In this document: positions 27,201 through 36,659 of the stretch, piece by piece | How the letters are laid out: every line of letters starts with the position of its first letter | How positions within the stretch are numbered: position 1 is the first letter of the stretch | From: Elusimicrobiota bacterium | GTDB lineage: Bacteria; Elusimicrobiota; Elusimicrobia; UBA1565 | Length of the DNA stretch: 64,000 nucleotides | Direction: 5' to 3' | Assembly (NCBI GenBank): GCA_043827405.1 | Contig: JBDRPD010000108.1 | Span: 57,617-121,616 of the forward strand | Made by a program: the position numbers and the translations under genes | The notes under the pieces: generated by a model | The model's input: the letters and a program-made list of their open reading frames with translations, nothing else | What the model was told of the DNA's origin: nothing | Database searches by the model: none

Positions 27201-29858
27201 GTGAAGAGCGCGCTCCGCCTGCTTCTCGTATTGTCTATAGCCTGCCCGCCCGGCGTCCAGGCGGGCGGCATTGTAACATCCGTTCCGGCCGCGGCCGGGA
27301 GCATGCCGGCGGCCGCCGCGGGTGCGGCCGCGCTCGGCGCCCGCTTCGGCGACCCGGCCGTCGGCGCGGCGCTGATCGACTACCGCCTGTCGACGCGCGA
27401 TATGATCCGCGGCTACCGGGCGGCCGAGGCCGAGCTCTCCGCCGCCGCCGACGCGGTCGCCGCCATCCCCGCAGCCGAGCGCACCTTCGCCAATACGGTA
27501 CTGGCCCTGGAGAACGCCGATGCGGTCTTCAGCGAAAAGACCCGCCCCTACTCGTTTCTCGCCGACGTCTCCCCGGACAAAAACGCGCGCCGCGCGGGCA
27601 ACGCCATCGAGCGCCGGCGCGGCCGCTTCTTTCTCGCCTACGGCGACCGCGATGATATTTACCGCGCCTACAAGGAATATGCCGCCAAGGGCGAGCAGCT
27701 TACAGGCGAGGACAAGCTGCTCCTCGACGATATCCTGCGCGCCTATAAAATGCGCGGCATGGACCGGCCGCTGGCCGAGCGCATCAACCTCAAAGCCATC
27801 CACCAGCGCCTCGACGAGCTCTCCCAGAACTTCGAGAACAACCTGGCGGAGCTCGACGGCGCGATCGAAGTAGACCTCGCCGACCTCAAAGGCCTGCCGC
27901 CGGACTACATCGACGAGCTGAAGACGACTCCGGCCGGCAAGCGCCGGGTGACCCTGGACGATCCCACCTATTGGCCTTTCATGCGGCTGGCCCGCAGCCC
28001 CGAACTCAGACGGCAGCTGCACGAGAAGCGCGAGACCCGCGCCGCCGAGAAGAACGTGCCGATCCTGGAGGAAGCGCTGGTCAAGCGCCGCGAGCTCGCG
28101 GGCCTGATGAAGTTCAAGAACTACGCCGACATGGTCATCGCGGAGGAGATGGCCGGATCAGCGCACAATGTCTGGAAGTTCCTCAAACGAATAGGCGGGC
28201 TGCTGCGCGGTCCCGCCCGCGAGGAGACGGCCGCGCTGCTGGAAGAGAAGCGGCGGGAATACCCCGCAGCGCAGCAGGTGCGCGACTGGGAACGGCTCTA
28301 CTACTCCACCAAGCTCAAGAAGCGGCGCTACGACTTCGAGAACGAGGAAGCGCGCGAGTACTTCCCCGCGGACACCGTGGTTAAAGGCACCCTCGAAGTC
28401 TATCAAGAACTGCTGGGCCTGGAGTTCCAGCGCGTCCCCGCCCAGGCTTGGCACGAAGACGTGGAGCTTTACACCGTAGCCGACGCCGCCAGCGGCCGCC
28501 GCCTCGGCTATTTCTACATGGACCTTCTGCCCCGCCGGGGCAAGTACGGGCATAACGCGATGTTCCCGCTCATCGACGGGCACCGGCTGCCCGACGGCGG
28601 CTACCGCATGCCGGTGGCGGCGCTGATCGCCAACCTCGCCAAGAAGCGCGGCGACCAGCCGGGGCTGATGTATCACGGCGACGTCGAGACCTTCTTCCAC
28701 GAGTTCGGCCATGTCATGCACCATGTCCTGACCGAGGCCCGCTACGTCGGCTACTCCGGGACCAATGTCGCCATGGACTTCGTGGAGATGCCGTCCCAGA
28801 TGATGGAGAACTTCGTCTGGCAGCCGGAGATCCTGGCCAAGATCTCCGGCCACTATCAGGATCGCGCCAAAAAGCTGCCGCCGGCGCTTCTCGGCAAGAT
28901 GCTGGCCGCCCGCAATTTCATGAGCGCCACCGCGAACCTCTGGCAGGTGGCCTTCGCGGCCATGGACCTGGCGTTCAACACCGTCAAGCCGCCGGTGGAC
29001 ACCACCGCGCTCCTGCGCCGCGTCTATAAGGCGGTGGGCGTTCCGGTCCCGGAGGCGAACGAGCGCTCACAGGCCAGCTTCGGCCACCTCATCGGCGGCT
29101 ATGCGGCGCGCTACTACGGCTATCTCTGGTCCGAGGTCTATGCCAAGGACGCCTTCTCCGTCATCAAGGCCGCGGGAGTGCTTAATCCCGCGATCGGCAT
29201 GCGCTACCGGCAGACCATCCTGCGGCGCGGCTCAAGCGTGGAGGAAGCCCGGCTGCTGCGCGATTTCCTGGGCCGCGAGCCGAGCGAGCGGGCCTTTCTC
29301 GAATCGTTGGGAATCGCGCCGCAGGAGAAGCCGGACGCCCCCGGCGTGACGCCGGAGCAGGCGCGCGAGATACTCAACAGGCTCGCGGCCAAGGCCCGCC
29401 TGCGCCGGACGCCCGTACTCGACATCGTAGAGTCTTTCCGCACCAATGCCGCCGCCCACAAGCGGGGCTGGAAGATCGAAGCCACGACCGCGCTCCTGGC
29501 CTTTCTCAACGCCGGCGAACTGGAGGCGGTATTCGCGCATGAGATAGGGCATCTGAAGGGCGGGACCTGGCGGGTCTTTCTCAATGTGGCCCTGCCGCCG
29601 CTGTTGGCCCAAGCCGTCGGCATCCTGGCCCTGATGGGCCTTTTCCCCTGGAATATCATGCTCGGCGGCATCGCGTCTTTGGCCGCGCTCTTCTGGAGCG
29701 TACCACGCTACTTCGAGCGCGAGGAATTCGCCGCCGACCGGATCGCGGCGCGGCTGCTGGACAACGGCACCCGGTTGGCTCAGGTACTGCGCAAGCTCCC
29801 CGGCTCGATCACGGATCCGAGAGTCCCCGAGCGCGTCCGCCGGCTTAACAACGAGTAA
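27201..29858 (+). CDS. Secreted M3 (thimet oligopeptidase-like) peptidase fused to C-terminal M48/HtpX-like peptidase
   Basis: Signal peptide; FHEFGH, DFVEMPSQMMENF, GYAARYYGYLWS; then NAAA, EAVFAHEIGH, two TMs, EEFAADRIAA. Confidence 0.88.
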   Translation: MKSALRLLLVLSIACPPGVQAGGIVTSVPAAAGSMPAAAAGAAALGARFGDPAVGAALIDYRLSTRDMIRGYRAAEAELSAAADAVAAIPAAERTFANTVLALENADAVFSEKTRPYSFLADVSPDKNARRAGNAIERRRGRFFLAYGDRDDIYRAYKEYAAKGEQLTGEDKLLLDDILRAYKMRGMDRPLAERINLKAIHQRLDELSQNFENNLAELDGAIEVDLADLKGLPPDYIDELKTTPAGKRRVTLDDPTYWPFMRLARSPELRRQLHEKRETRAAEKNVPILEEALVKRRELAGLMKFKNYADMVIAEEMAGSAHNVWKFLKRIGGLLRGPAREETAALLEEKRREYPAAQQVRDWERLYYSTKLKKRRYDFENEEAREYFPADTVVKGTLEVYQELLGLEFQRVPAQAWHEDVELYTVADAASGRRLGYFYMDLLPRRGKYGHNAMFPLIDGHRLPDGGYRMPVAALIANLAKKRGDQPGLMYHGDVETFFHEFGHVMHHVLTEARYVGYSGTNVAMDFVEMPSQMMENFVWQPEILAKISGHYQDRAKKLPPALLGKMLAARNFMSATANLWQVAFAAMDLAFNTVKPPVDTTALLRRVYKAVGVPVPEANERSQASFGHLIGGYAARYYGYLWSEVYAKDAFSVIKAAGVLNPAIGMRYRQTILRRGSSVEEARLLRDFLGREPSERAFLESLGIAPQEKPDAPGVTPEQAREILNRLAAKARLRRTPVLDIVESFRTNAAAHKRGWKIEATTALLAFLNAGELEAVFAHEIGHLKGGTWRVFLNVALPPLLAQAVGILALMGLFPWNIMLGGIASLAALFWSVPRYFEREEFAADRIAARLLDNGTRLAQVLRKLPGSITDPRVPERVRRLNNE

Positions 29859-29940
29859 AAACCCCCCACTTTCCTCACCCCTCCAAAGTCGCCTCTATTT
29901 GTTCTTGAATTTTTCAGCGGAAGCTGTTAAGTTTGAAGGG

Positions 29941-30270
29941 ATGAACAAGCTTCTCGTTTTGCTTGTCCTGGCCGCCGCGGGCGGAGGAGTTTACTGGCTT
30001 TTCAGCGGCAGCGAGCCCCCGGACATCACCGATGAACGGGCCAAAGAAATCGCGGAGGGGGCTATTTACGATTTCGCCCAAGAGGAGTCGGGGGATTTCG
30101 TGGATTTTATCGCCCAGGGTGAACAGCCGCCGAAAGATGAAAAGTACAAGTGGGCTTTTCACTTCAAGAACACCAAGCATCGGCCCTGCCTCGAGGTGAT
30201 CATTCTAGTGACCGGAAAGGGTGAAAAAGATATCGAGATGGAGGGGATCACTTGCCCCCCGGGAGACTGA
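29941..30270 (+). CDS. Small anchored hypothetical protein (PepSY-like spacing)
   Basis: MNKLLVLLVLAAAGGGVYWLF anchor; ITDERAKEIA; TTGAAT-N17-TAAGTT promoter 7 nt upstream. Confidence 0.65.
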   Translation: MNKLLVLLVLAAAGGGVYWLFSGSEPPDITDERAKEIAEGAIYDFAQEESGDFVDFIAQGEQPPKDEKYKWAFHFKNTKHRPCLEVIILVTGKGEKDIEMEGITCPPGD

Positions 30271-30728
30271 GCCGCGGCTTTACTTTGATCGAGCTGATGA
30301 TCGTCGTCGCGATCATCGGGATTCTTTCCATGGTCGCCATCCCGAAGTTCGCCGACATGGTGCGCAAGTCGCACGAGGGCGCAACCAAAGGGAACCTCGC
30401 CGCCCTGCGCTCCGCCATCCAAATCTACTACGGCGACACCGAGGGCACCTACCCGACAAACAGCTATTCCACCAACTCCTCCGTGCTGACCAACGCTTTG
30501 GTCCCGACCTACATCAACGCCATCCCGATTAGCCGCGCCTCCCCTTACCATGATCCTTCCACTAAGGTCTACTGCCACCGGTCTATCTGGGGCACGGGCA
30601 CGCACCAGCACGACGGCTGGGGTTGGATTTACGACGGCGATAAAGCGTACCTGGACGCTAATCTTGGAAAGGTCTGGGTCGGCTGCACGCATACCGACAA
30701 GAACGGAAGCAACTGGACGCAGTACTAG
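30252..30728 (+). CDS. Type IV pilin / T2SS pseudopilin with N-methylation motif
   Basis: RGFTLIELMIVVAIIGILSMVAIPKF prepilin cleavage motif; TTG start after GAGGGG. Confidence 0.9.
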   Translation: MPPGRLSRGFTLIELMIVVAIIGILSMVAIPKFADMVRKSHEGATKGNLAALRSAIQIYYGDTEGTYPTNSYSTNSSVLTNALVPTYINAIPISRASPYHDPSTKVYCHRSIWGTGTHQHDGWGWIYDGDKAYLDANLGKVWVGCTHTDKNGSNWTQY

Positions 30729-30775
30729 CTGCCTACAGCAAGAAATCCAGGCAGCTTGTCCCGCCGTAAGGCGGG
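30727..30775. terminator. Two hairpins between convergent pilin and trmH genes
   Basis: AGCTGCCT...AGGCAGCT (30727-30756) and CCCGCC-GTAA-GGCGGG (30760-30775); no clear U-tract. Confidence 0.35.
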
Positions 30776-30776
30776 G

Positions 30777-31532
30777 CTAAGTCCGCGTTGCCTCGTAAAA
30801 CAGCACCGCCGCCGCCGCCGAGACATTGAGGCTGTCCACCTTCCCGCGCATCGGCAGAGCGATCGCCGTAATATCCTCACCCCGCCAGGCATCGGTCAGG
30901 CCCGCGGCCTCGCTGCCCAGCGCGATGGCGCAGCGCCCGGAGTAATCCGCCTTGGCATGCGGTATCGCCCCGTCCACGCGGGCCGCGAGAATGCGAAACC
31001 TGCTGCGGCGCAGCCAGTCGCGCGCCGCCGCCGCATCGCAGGCGGCGACCGGCACGGTGAAGATCGCGCCCAGGCTGGCGCGGATGGTGTTGGGATTGTA
31101 GAGGTCGGTGCCGCCGTCGACGACCAAGAGCGCGGCCAGGCCGGCGGCGTCGGCAGTGCGCAGCACGGCGCCGACATTGCCGGGCTTCTCCACCCCCTCC
31201 AGAACGGCCACGACGGCATTCCCGGAAACGGACAGCTTATCCAGCGAAACCGCGGGGATATCGGCGACGGCGACCAGCCCTTCGTCCCGGTTGCCGTAGG
31301 CCAGCTTGGCGAAAACCGCCGGGCTCACTTCGAAGATCTCCGCCTTGCCGATCTTGGGCGCCGGCGCCGCGCCGCATATAAACAGCTCGCGCACCGCGAC
31401 CCCGGCGGCGGCCGCCCGCTCGATTTCGCGCCGGCCGTCGATAATCATCCGGCCCTGCTGGGCGCGTCCGCGCCGGTCGCGCAGCCGGACCGCCGACTTG
31501 ATGCGCGGATTCTGCACGCTGGTGATCTTCAT
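30777..31532 (-). CDS. TrmH/SpoU family RNA methyltransferase
   Basis: ITSVQNPRIK, EKPGNVGAVLRTADAAG, LGSEAAGL, PMRGKVDSLNVSAAAAV. Confidence 0.92.
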   Translation of the reverse strand: MKITSVQNPRIKSAVRLRDRRGRAQQGRMIIDGRREIERAAAAGVAVRELFICGAAPAPKIGKAEIFEVSPAVFAKLAYGNRDEGLVAVADIPAVSLDKLSVSGNAVVAVLEGVEKPGNVGAVLRTADAAGLAALLVVDGGTDLYNPNTIRASLGAIFTVPVAACDAAAARDWLRRSRFRILAARVDGAIPHAKADYSGRCAIALGSEAAGLTDAWRGEDITAIALPMRGKVDSLNVSAAAAVLFYEATRT

Positions 31533-31569
31533 CTGCGGGTATTCTATTTCATTTTGCGCCGCCGCGCCC

Positions 31570-31598
31570 TTGACGCCCGGCGCGGCAGTTCCTATCCT
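31570..31598 (+). promoter_or_regulatory. Sigma70 promoter, likely leaderless transcript
   Basis: TTGACG-N17-TATCCT with ATG 31605 only 6 nt downstream. Confidence 0.65.
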
Positions 31599-31604
31599 TC
31601 CAGC

Positions 31605-32432
31605 ATGAAGCTGCTGCAGGCCGTGCGCGAAAAATATCCGCAGCTGTCGCGGAAAAAGGCCCGCGCGCTGCTGCGCGCCGGAAAAATTCGGCTCAATAAA
31701 CGCCGAGCGAAAATCTCCGACCGGGTACGGGCCGCCGATACCGTAAGTATCCCGCGCGAGCACCTAGCGGATCATCTAACAGCCAACAGCGCGCTGAAGA
31801 TATCCGTACTGAAGGAGACCGCCGAATTCCTATTCCTACGCAAGCCCTCCGGAGTCCACTCAGTAGCACAAGACTTCGCGGATACAAACTCCGTCGCCAA
31901 CTGGCTGCTGAGCCATGATCCCGGCTGCGCCGCGCTGCACCCGCTGGAATGCGGCCTCGCCCACCGGCTGGATTACGAAACCTCGGGCGTGATGGTCGCG
32001 GCAAAAACAAAAACGGCGCTCGCCTTCCTGCGCCGGGCCTTTAAAGAAAGGCGCGTCGAAAAGATATATACCTGTCTGGTTTCGGGAGAGCCCCTCGCTC
32101 GCGGCGTTTACCGGGCCTCTGCGAGACCGGGAGCCAAGTCCGCCAAAAAGGTCCGGCTGTCGCCGCAGGCCGCGGGCGGCCCGGAACTGATCACCGAAGT
32201 CCGGTCCTGCCGCAGAGCGGGCAAATATTATCGGCTCACCCTCCAGCTCATCACCGGGTACCGTCATCAGCTGCGCGCCCAGCTCGCCCTGCTCGAGCGC
32301 CCGATCGCGGGCGATCCGCTCTACGGCGGCGCCCCCGCCCCGCGGCTCATGCTGCATGCGCGATCATTGGCTTTTCAGCACGCAGGCCGCGCCTGCTCGG
32401 CCGCTTCTCCGGCGCGTTTTCCCGTCCGCTAG
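31605..32432 (+). CDS. RluA/RluD family pseudouridine synthase with S4 domain
   Basis: SRKKARALL S4 motif, KPSG, HRLDYETSG, TGYRHQLRAQL, PIAGDPLYG, LMLHA. Confidence 0.9.
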   Translation: MKLLQAVREKYPQLSRKKARALLRAGKIRLNKRRAKISDRVRAADTVSIPREHLADHLTANSALKISVLKETAEFLFLRKPSGVHSVAQDFADTNSVANWLLSHDPGCAALHPLECGLAHRLDYETSGVMVAAKTKTALAFLRRAFKERRVEKIYTCLVSGEPLARGVYRASARPGAKSAKKVRLSPQAAGGPELITEVRSCRRAGKYYRLTLQLITGYRHQLRAQLALLERPIAGDPLYGGAPAPRLMLHARSLAFQHAGRACSAASPARFPVR

Positions 32433-32522
32433 CCGCCTTCCGCTGTAATGGTTTGGCGGGCCCACGCGACTCATTATCAGCACCATGAATATGCCGATAC
32501 AAGCAACCGGAGGCTGGCTGCA

Positions 32523-33584
32523 ATGAAATTCCAAAAAATCACATACCTGGTATTATGCGGTCTGCTGACCGCGTCTTTCGCCGGCGCGGAAGCGACATGG
32601 AGGTCCGGCATGGTGGATAAAAGCGATCTCAAAAAGCGGCTGACGCCCATCCAATACGAGGTCACCCAGCAGGAAGGTACGGAACGGCCGTTTCGCAACG
32701 AATACTGGAACCACAAAGAAGCCGGCATCTACGTGGATATCGTCTCCGGGGAGCCGCTGTTTAGTTCCCTCGACAAATACGATTCGAAAACGGGCTGGCC
32801 CAGTTTTACCCGCGCGCTGGAACCGGAACATGTGGTTGAGCGTAAAGACAGCAAGCTCTGGATGACGCGAGTCGAAGTGCGCAGCAAGCAGGCCGATTCC
32901 CACCTCGGGCACGTCTTCGATGACGGGCCCGCGCCGACCGGCAAGCGCTACTGCATCAACTCGGCGGCGCTGCGGTTCGTCCCGTCAGCCGAACTCGAAA
33001 AGGAAGGGTACACCCGCTACGCCGCCCTCTTTAACGGCAGCGCCGCGCTGGCTAAGGCGACGTTCGCGGGCGGCTGCTTCTGGTGCATGGAGCCGCCGTT
33101 CGAGAAGCTCGACGGAGTCAAGGATGCGGTGTCCGGCTACATGGGCGGACAGGTCAAAGACCCCAGCTATGAACAGGTCTCCGCCGGCGGGACCGGACAT
33201 GCTGAGGTTGTGCAGGTCCTCTACGATCCGCGCCGGGTCTCTTACGAGACGCTGCTGGACGCCTTTTGGCGCAGCGTCGACCCGACCACCAGGGACCGCC
33301 AATTTGTCGACGTCGGCACGCAGTACCGAACCGCCGTCTTCTATCATGACGAGGAGCAGCGCAAAGCCGCTATCGCCTCACGCGACAAGCTGGTAAACGC
33401 CAAACGATTCGGCGCTCCTATCGTTACCGAAATTACGCGCGCCGGGGACTTCTACCGGGCGGAGGATTATCATCAGGACTACTACAAGAAAAATCCCGTC
33501 CGCTACAAATGGTACCGCTACCATTCCGGGCGCGACAAGTATCTGGATGCGACCTGGAAGGATGAAAAAGCCGGCCGGATGTAG
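32523..33584 (+). CDS. msrAB: Exported MsrB-MsrA fusion, methionine sulfoxide reductase
   Basis: Signal peptide; MsrB ([24 protein letters not shown]) then MsrA ([22 protein letters not shown]); SD GGAGG. Confidence 0.95.
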   Translation: MKFQKITYLVLCGLLTASFAGAEATWRSGMVDKSDLKKRLTPIQYEVTQQEGTERPFRNEYWNHKEAGIYVDIVSGEPLFSSLDKYDSKTGWPSFTRALEPEHVVERKDSKLWMTRVEVRSKQADSHLGHVFDDGPAPTGKRYCINSAALRFVPSAELEKEGYTRYAALFNGSAALAKATFAGGCFWCMEPPFEKLDGVKDAVSGYMGGQVKDPSYEQVSAGGTGHAEVVQVLYDPRRVSYETLLDAFWRSVDPTTRDRQFVDVGTQYRTAVFYHDEEQRKAAIASRDKLVNAKRFGAPIVTEITRAGDFYRAEDYHQDYYKKNPVRYKWYRYHSGRDKYLDATWKDEKAGRM

Positions 33585-34374
33585 GCTCCGGCTTACGCTC
33601 TGCGTCGCCGCCTGGATCACGGCATCCGCCGCCGACGCCTCTCCCCTGTCGGGCAGCGCGGAACTGACCGCCGGCGATGCCGGCTATCTCAGACACGGCC
33701 TAAGCCTGGGCGTCCGCGGCGCGGGCGTCCGATACGAGGCGTACGACGACGCGAACACGCCGCATCCCATCCATCTATTCGGCGCCGACATCGGCCGCGC
33801 CATTGGCCCCGCGCGAATAACGCTGACCGGAGAATCGATCCCGGGCGCCGACGGCTACCGCATGCACGGCGGCGGCGGCGAACTGGAATGGACGCCGCGC
33901 GAACCGCAGCGGCGCGGACTCTTCGCCCTGAACAGCTGGCGCGTCGGAGGGCTGCTCAAAGAACATACCGAAACCATCGGCGGCGAACCGGGTCAAGTCG
34001 TCACCATGCGTTCCTACGGCGAACTGCGCGGAGCCGGCGGGCCCTTCGCGCTGCGTCTTATGGCGGTCAAGGTCGGCTTCGCGCCGCACCACGGCCCCCT
34101 GCCGATCCTCCGCCATGTCCGCCTGCCGGGCGTCCTGCGGGCGGAAATGGGGACCTACCCCGATTACAGCTTCCTGCTGGAAAGCGTGCTTGCGTACGGC
34201 GGCTGGGAGCCTTTCGCGCGCTACGTCTATACCGGCTACAAGCTCGACGCCCCTGACGCGCACTATCTAGCTTTGGGTCTGCGGCGCAGCGCGGGAACCG
34301 CCGTCATCAGCGCCGAACTGCAGGGCGAGCCTGGCGCCGGGACCGTCGCGTTCCGTTTGCGGGCCGCGCGATGA
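33562..34374 (+). CDS. Hypothetical exported protein, possible outer-membrane beta-barrel
   Basis: Signal-like N-terminus; alternating-residue strands rich in Gly/aromatics; ATGA overlap with the next gene; start uncertain. Confidence 0.55.
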   Translation: MKKPAGCRLRLTLCVAAWITASAADASPLSGSAELTAGDAGYLRHGLSLGVRGAGVRYEAYDDANTPHPIHLFGADIGRAIGPARITLTGESIPGADGYRMHGGGGELEWTPREPQRRGLFALNSWRVGGLLKEHTETIGGEPGQVVTMRSYGELRGAGGPFALRLMAVKVGFAPHHGPLPILRHVRLPGVLRAEMGTYPDYSFLLESVLAYGGWEPFARYVYTGYKLDAPDAHYLALGLRRSAGTAVISAELQGEPGAGTVAFRLRAAR

Positions 34375-35642
34375 TACGCGCGACAGCGCTGGCCCTATGC
34401 GTCCTGCTCCCCTCCTCCGCCGGCGCCGAAGTTCTCGACGCTTTTGACCTGAGCGCTACGCGGACCCGAATTCCCGTTCTGCGCGATCTGCTGGAAACGC
34501 GGCCGGGCGTGGAATTCACTCCCCAAATATGGCGGCAGGACATACGCCGGCTGGAAGACACCCGTCTTTTCTATGAAATTGACGCGTCGACCGCGGCGCT
34601 TAACGGCAAGCTCCGCGCCCGGCTGCGAGCCAAAAATAAATTTTCCACCATCCCCATCCTGAAATTCAAGCGCGGCGGCGGCGCCTCCGTGGTCACCGCC
34701 GGCATCTACGATGTCAATTTATTCCGCCGCCTGCTGGAAGGCGGCATCCAATACGAGTCCTTCAACGGCAAGCCCGGCTTCACCGCCTGGTTCCGCCATC
34801 CGTATTTCCCGAGCCGCCGCGACCGGGCAGGAATCGACGCGACGGCGCATACGGTAAACCTGCCGCTGCTGAGCCCCAAGGCGCACCGCGAGGCCGATTT
34901 CGAGCATGAGGAGGTCCGGCTCAACCTGCGCTATACCCGGGAGCTGCGCTCTTGGGCGAGTGCCGGACTCGACGCGAGCATCTACCGCAACGTATTCCGC
35001 CGCGACGACTCGACCGCCGAGAAGGCCGCCCGCAACGACACCTTCGCCGCCGCGACGCCTCTCAGTTCCGGCCGCACCGTATCCCTGACGCCGCGGCTTC
35101 GTCTCGGCCGCCTAAAAAGAGACGGCATCCAGTTGCGGGGCTTTGAAACGGAGGCCGAAGGTGAATGGTCATGGACCGGCCTCGGGTCTCAATATGAATT
35201 CATCCGCGGCAATCTGACGCTGCGCGGCGGCGCTGTCCCGCTGCCCCGGCTCAATATCGCCGCCCAGATGATGGCCGGATCCAAGACCGGTTCTGAGTTC
35301 CAACATAAGTTCTACCTAGGCGGACTCGACAGCGTGCGCGGCTTCATCGACGGACAGTTCCGGGGCAATCACGTCTGGCTGGCCAATCTGGAACTGCGTC
35401 CCACCTTACTCGAACGTCCGCGATGGGTGGTTCAGGGGAACCTATTCACCGATTGGACCAAAACCTGGGACAGCGACCGCTTCGGCCTGGAAGGCTTCAA
35501 GCATCCTTTTCTCAGCCACGGGGCCGGCTTTCGCCTTATCCTGCCGCGCGTCTACCGCGCGGTCCTGCGCGTTGATATCGCCTGGACGCGCCGTCCGGTC
35601 AAGCGCACGGGCTTCAGCATGGGACTGCAGCAGTTTTTTTAA
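34371..35642 (+). CDS. Omp85/BamA-TamA family beta-barrel protein
   Basis: FYLGGLDSVRGF (VRGF/Y loop-6 motif), NLELR, GAGFRL, C-terminal ...MGLQQFF. Confidence 0.8.
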   Translation: MIRATALALCVLLPSSAGAEVLDAFDLSATRTRIPVLRDLLETRPGVEFTPQIWRQDIRRLEDTRLFYEIDASTAALNGKLRARLRAKNKFSTIPILKFKRGGGASVVTAGIYDVNLFRRLLEGGIQYESFNGKPGFTAWFRHPYFPSRRDRAGIDATAHTVNLPLLSPKAHREADFEHEEVRLNLRYTRELRSWASAGLDASIYRNVFRRDDSTAEKAARNDTFAAATPLSSGRTVSLTPRLRLGRLKRDGIQLRGFETEAEGEWSWTGLGSQYEFIRGNLTLRGGAVPLPRLNIAAQMMAGSKTGSEFQHKFYLGGLDSVRGFIDGQFRGNHVWLANLELRPTLLERPRWVVQGNLFTDWTKTWDSDRFGLEGFKHPFLSHGAGFRLILPRVYRAVLRVDIAWTRRPVKRTGFSMGLQQFF

Positions 35643-35887
35643 CGGCGGTCGCTAGCCAGCCGTTCCACGAGCTTATGCTGGAAACGCTCCATATCCGCAC
35701 CGGCCATCCGGCGCTCCAGCCCGTGGCGCAGGGCCGAGGAAATGAGACGCAGCTGCCGCACGAACATGGCGCACGGAGGGCAGATCCTGACGTGCAGCCA
35801 CCCGGACAAACGCGTCGGCCAAGCGGCGTCTTCGAGATCGCCGCGTGCCTTCGCTTCTACGAAATGCCGACAGTTCAGGAGAATCAT
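35639..35887 (-). CDS. Zinc-binding (zf-HC2/ZAS) anti-sigma factor, cytoplasmic
   Basis: NCRHF...HVRICPPC (HxxxCxxC); no TM; ATGA overlap with the sigma gene. Confidence 0.85.
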   Translation of the reverse strand: MILLNCRHFVEAKARGDLEDAAWPTRLSGWLHVRICPPCAMFVRQLRLISSALRHGLERRMAGADMERFQHKLVERLASDRR

Positions 35888-36438
35888 GCCGCCGCGCCCT
35901 TTTCTTCCAGGCAATTGCGCATCTTAATACGGGCGCGAAAAAGCAGCACCCTTAAGTAGTTGTCCGAGACGTCCAGAACGTTACACACTTCCCAGCTCCC
36001 CTGGCGCAGCACCTCCTTCAGCTGAAAAGCCGAGCGCTGCGCGTCGGTAAGGCCCTCCAGACATTCTTCAATCATGCGGTAAAGTTCCGCTGCTTGCGCC
36101 TCGTCGTCTGGACCGCTGGGCGGCGGACTCCAGTGGCCGTTGGGCCCGGACATGCGCCGGTCGAAAACCGCGTCAACGGGGTCGACGGAGAGCTCGCGCA
36201 CCCGCTTGCGGCGGCGCTCGAGGGACTTATTGTGCAGGATGCCGAAGAGATAGGTTCGCAAGCTCGAACGCCCTTCGAACCGGTCGGATTTCTTCACATA
36301 GGTGAGCAGGGTTTCCTGCACCAGGTCCTCGGCCTCGCTCATTTGAAAGCCCTGGCTAAGCGCGCCCCGCAGCAGAATTTCCGAGTGTTCGCGTACGATG
36401 CGTTCGAGTTCGTCTCGAGAGGGCTTGGGCTTGGTCAC
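35884..36438 (-). CDS. ECF RNA polymerase sigma factor
   Basis: AEDLVQET, FEGRSSLRTYLFGILHNK, NGHW, region 4 RVLLFRARIKMRNCLE; GTG start. Confidence 0.9.
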   Translation of the reverse strand: MTKPKPSRDELERIVREHSEILLRGALSQGFQMSEAEDLVQETLLTYVKKSDRFEGRSSLRTYLFGILHNKSLERRRKRVRELSVDPVDAVFDRRMSGPNGHWSPPPSGPDDEAQAAELYRMIEECLEGLTDAQRSAFQLKEVLRQGSWEVCNVLDVSDNYLRVLLFRARIKMRNCLEEKGAAA

Positions 36439-36659
36439 GGGGTACGCGTCGCGTATCTCCCTTTCTTCTGATCCAGGTAGTCGCGCACGTCGCCCGACTC
36501 GGTGTAAAACAGCGCCGCGGCGTCGATCCGCCGATCGAGGTTCCGGCGGAAGATATTTCCCGCCGCTCCGGGAATCAGCGGGCTCGTCCGGTGGGCGGCG
36601 GCGAGAAAAAGCGCCAGCGCCGCGGCCGCCAGCGCGAGACGGCGCCATTTGCGCGCCAT
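36435..36659 (-). CDS. Small membrane protein (74 aa) coupled to YeiH
   Basis: TAATG overlap with the yeiH stop and GTGA overlap with sigma; TM followed by IDAAALFYTES. Confidence 0.7.
   Translation of the reverse strand: MARKWRRLALAAAALALFLAAAHRTSPLIPGAAGNIFRRNLDRRIDAAALFYTESGDVRDYLDQKKGRYATRTP

Noticed and set aside
30756..31763. 558-aa and 328-aa overlapping ORFs as fusion proteins
   Set aside because: The upstream extensions are antisense shadows; the real starts are 31605 (+) and 31532 (-), each with its own -10.
32485..32526. 13-codon u[16 protein letters not shown] overlapping the msrBA start
   Set aside because: No SD or attenuator structure; could easily be chance.
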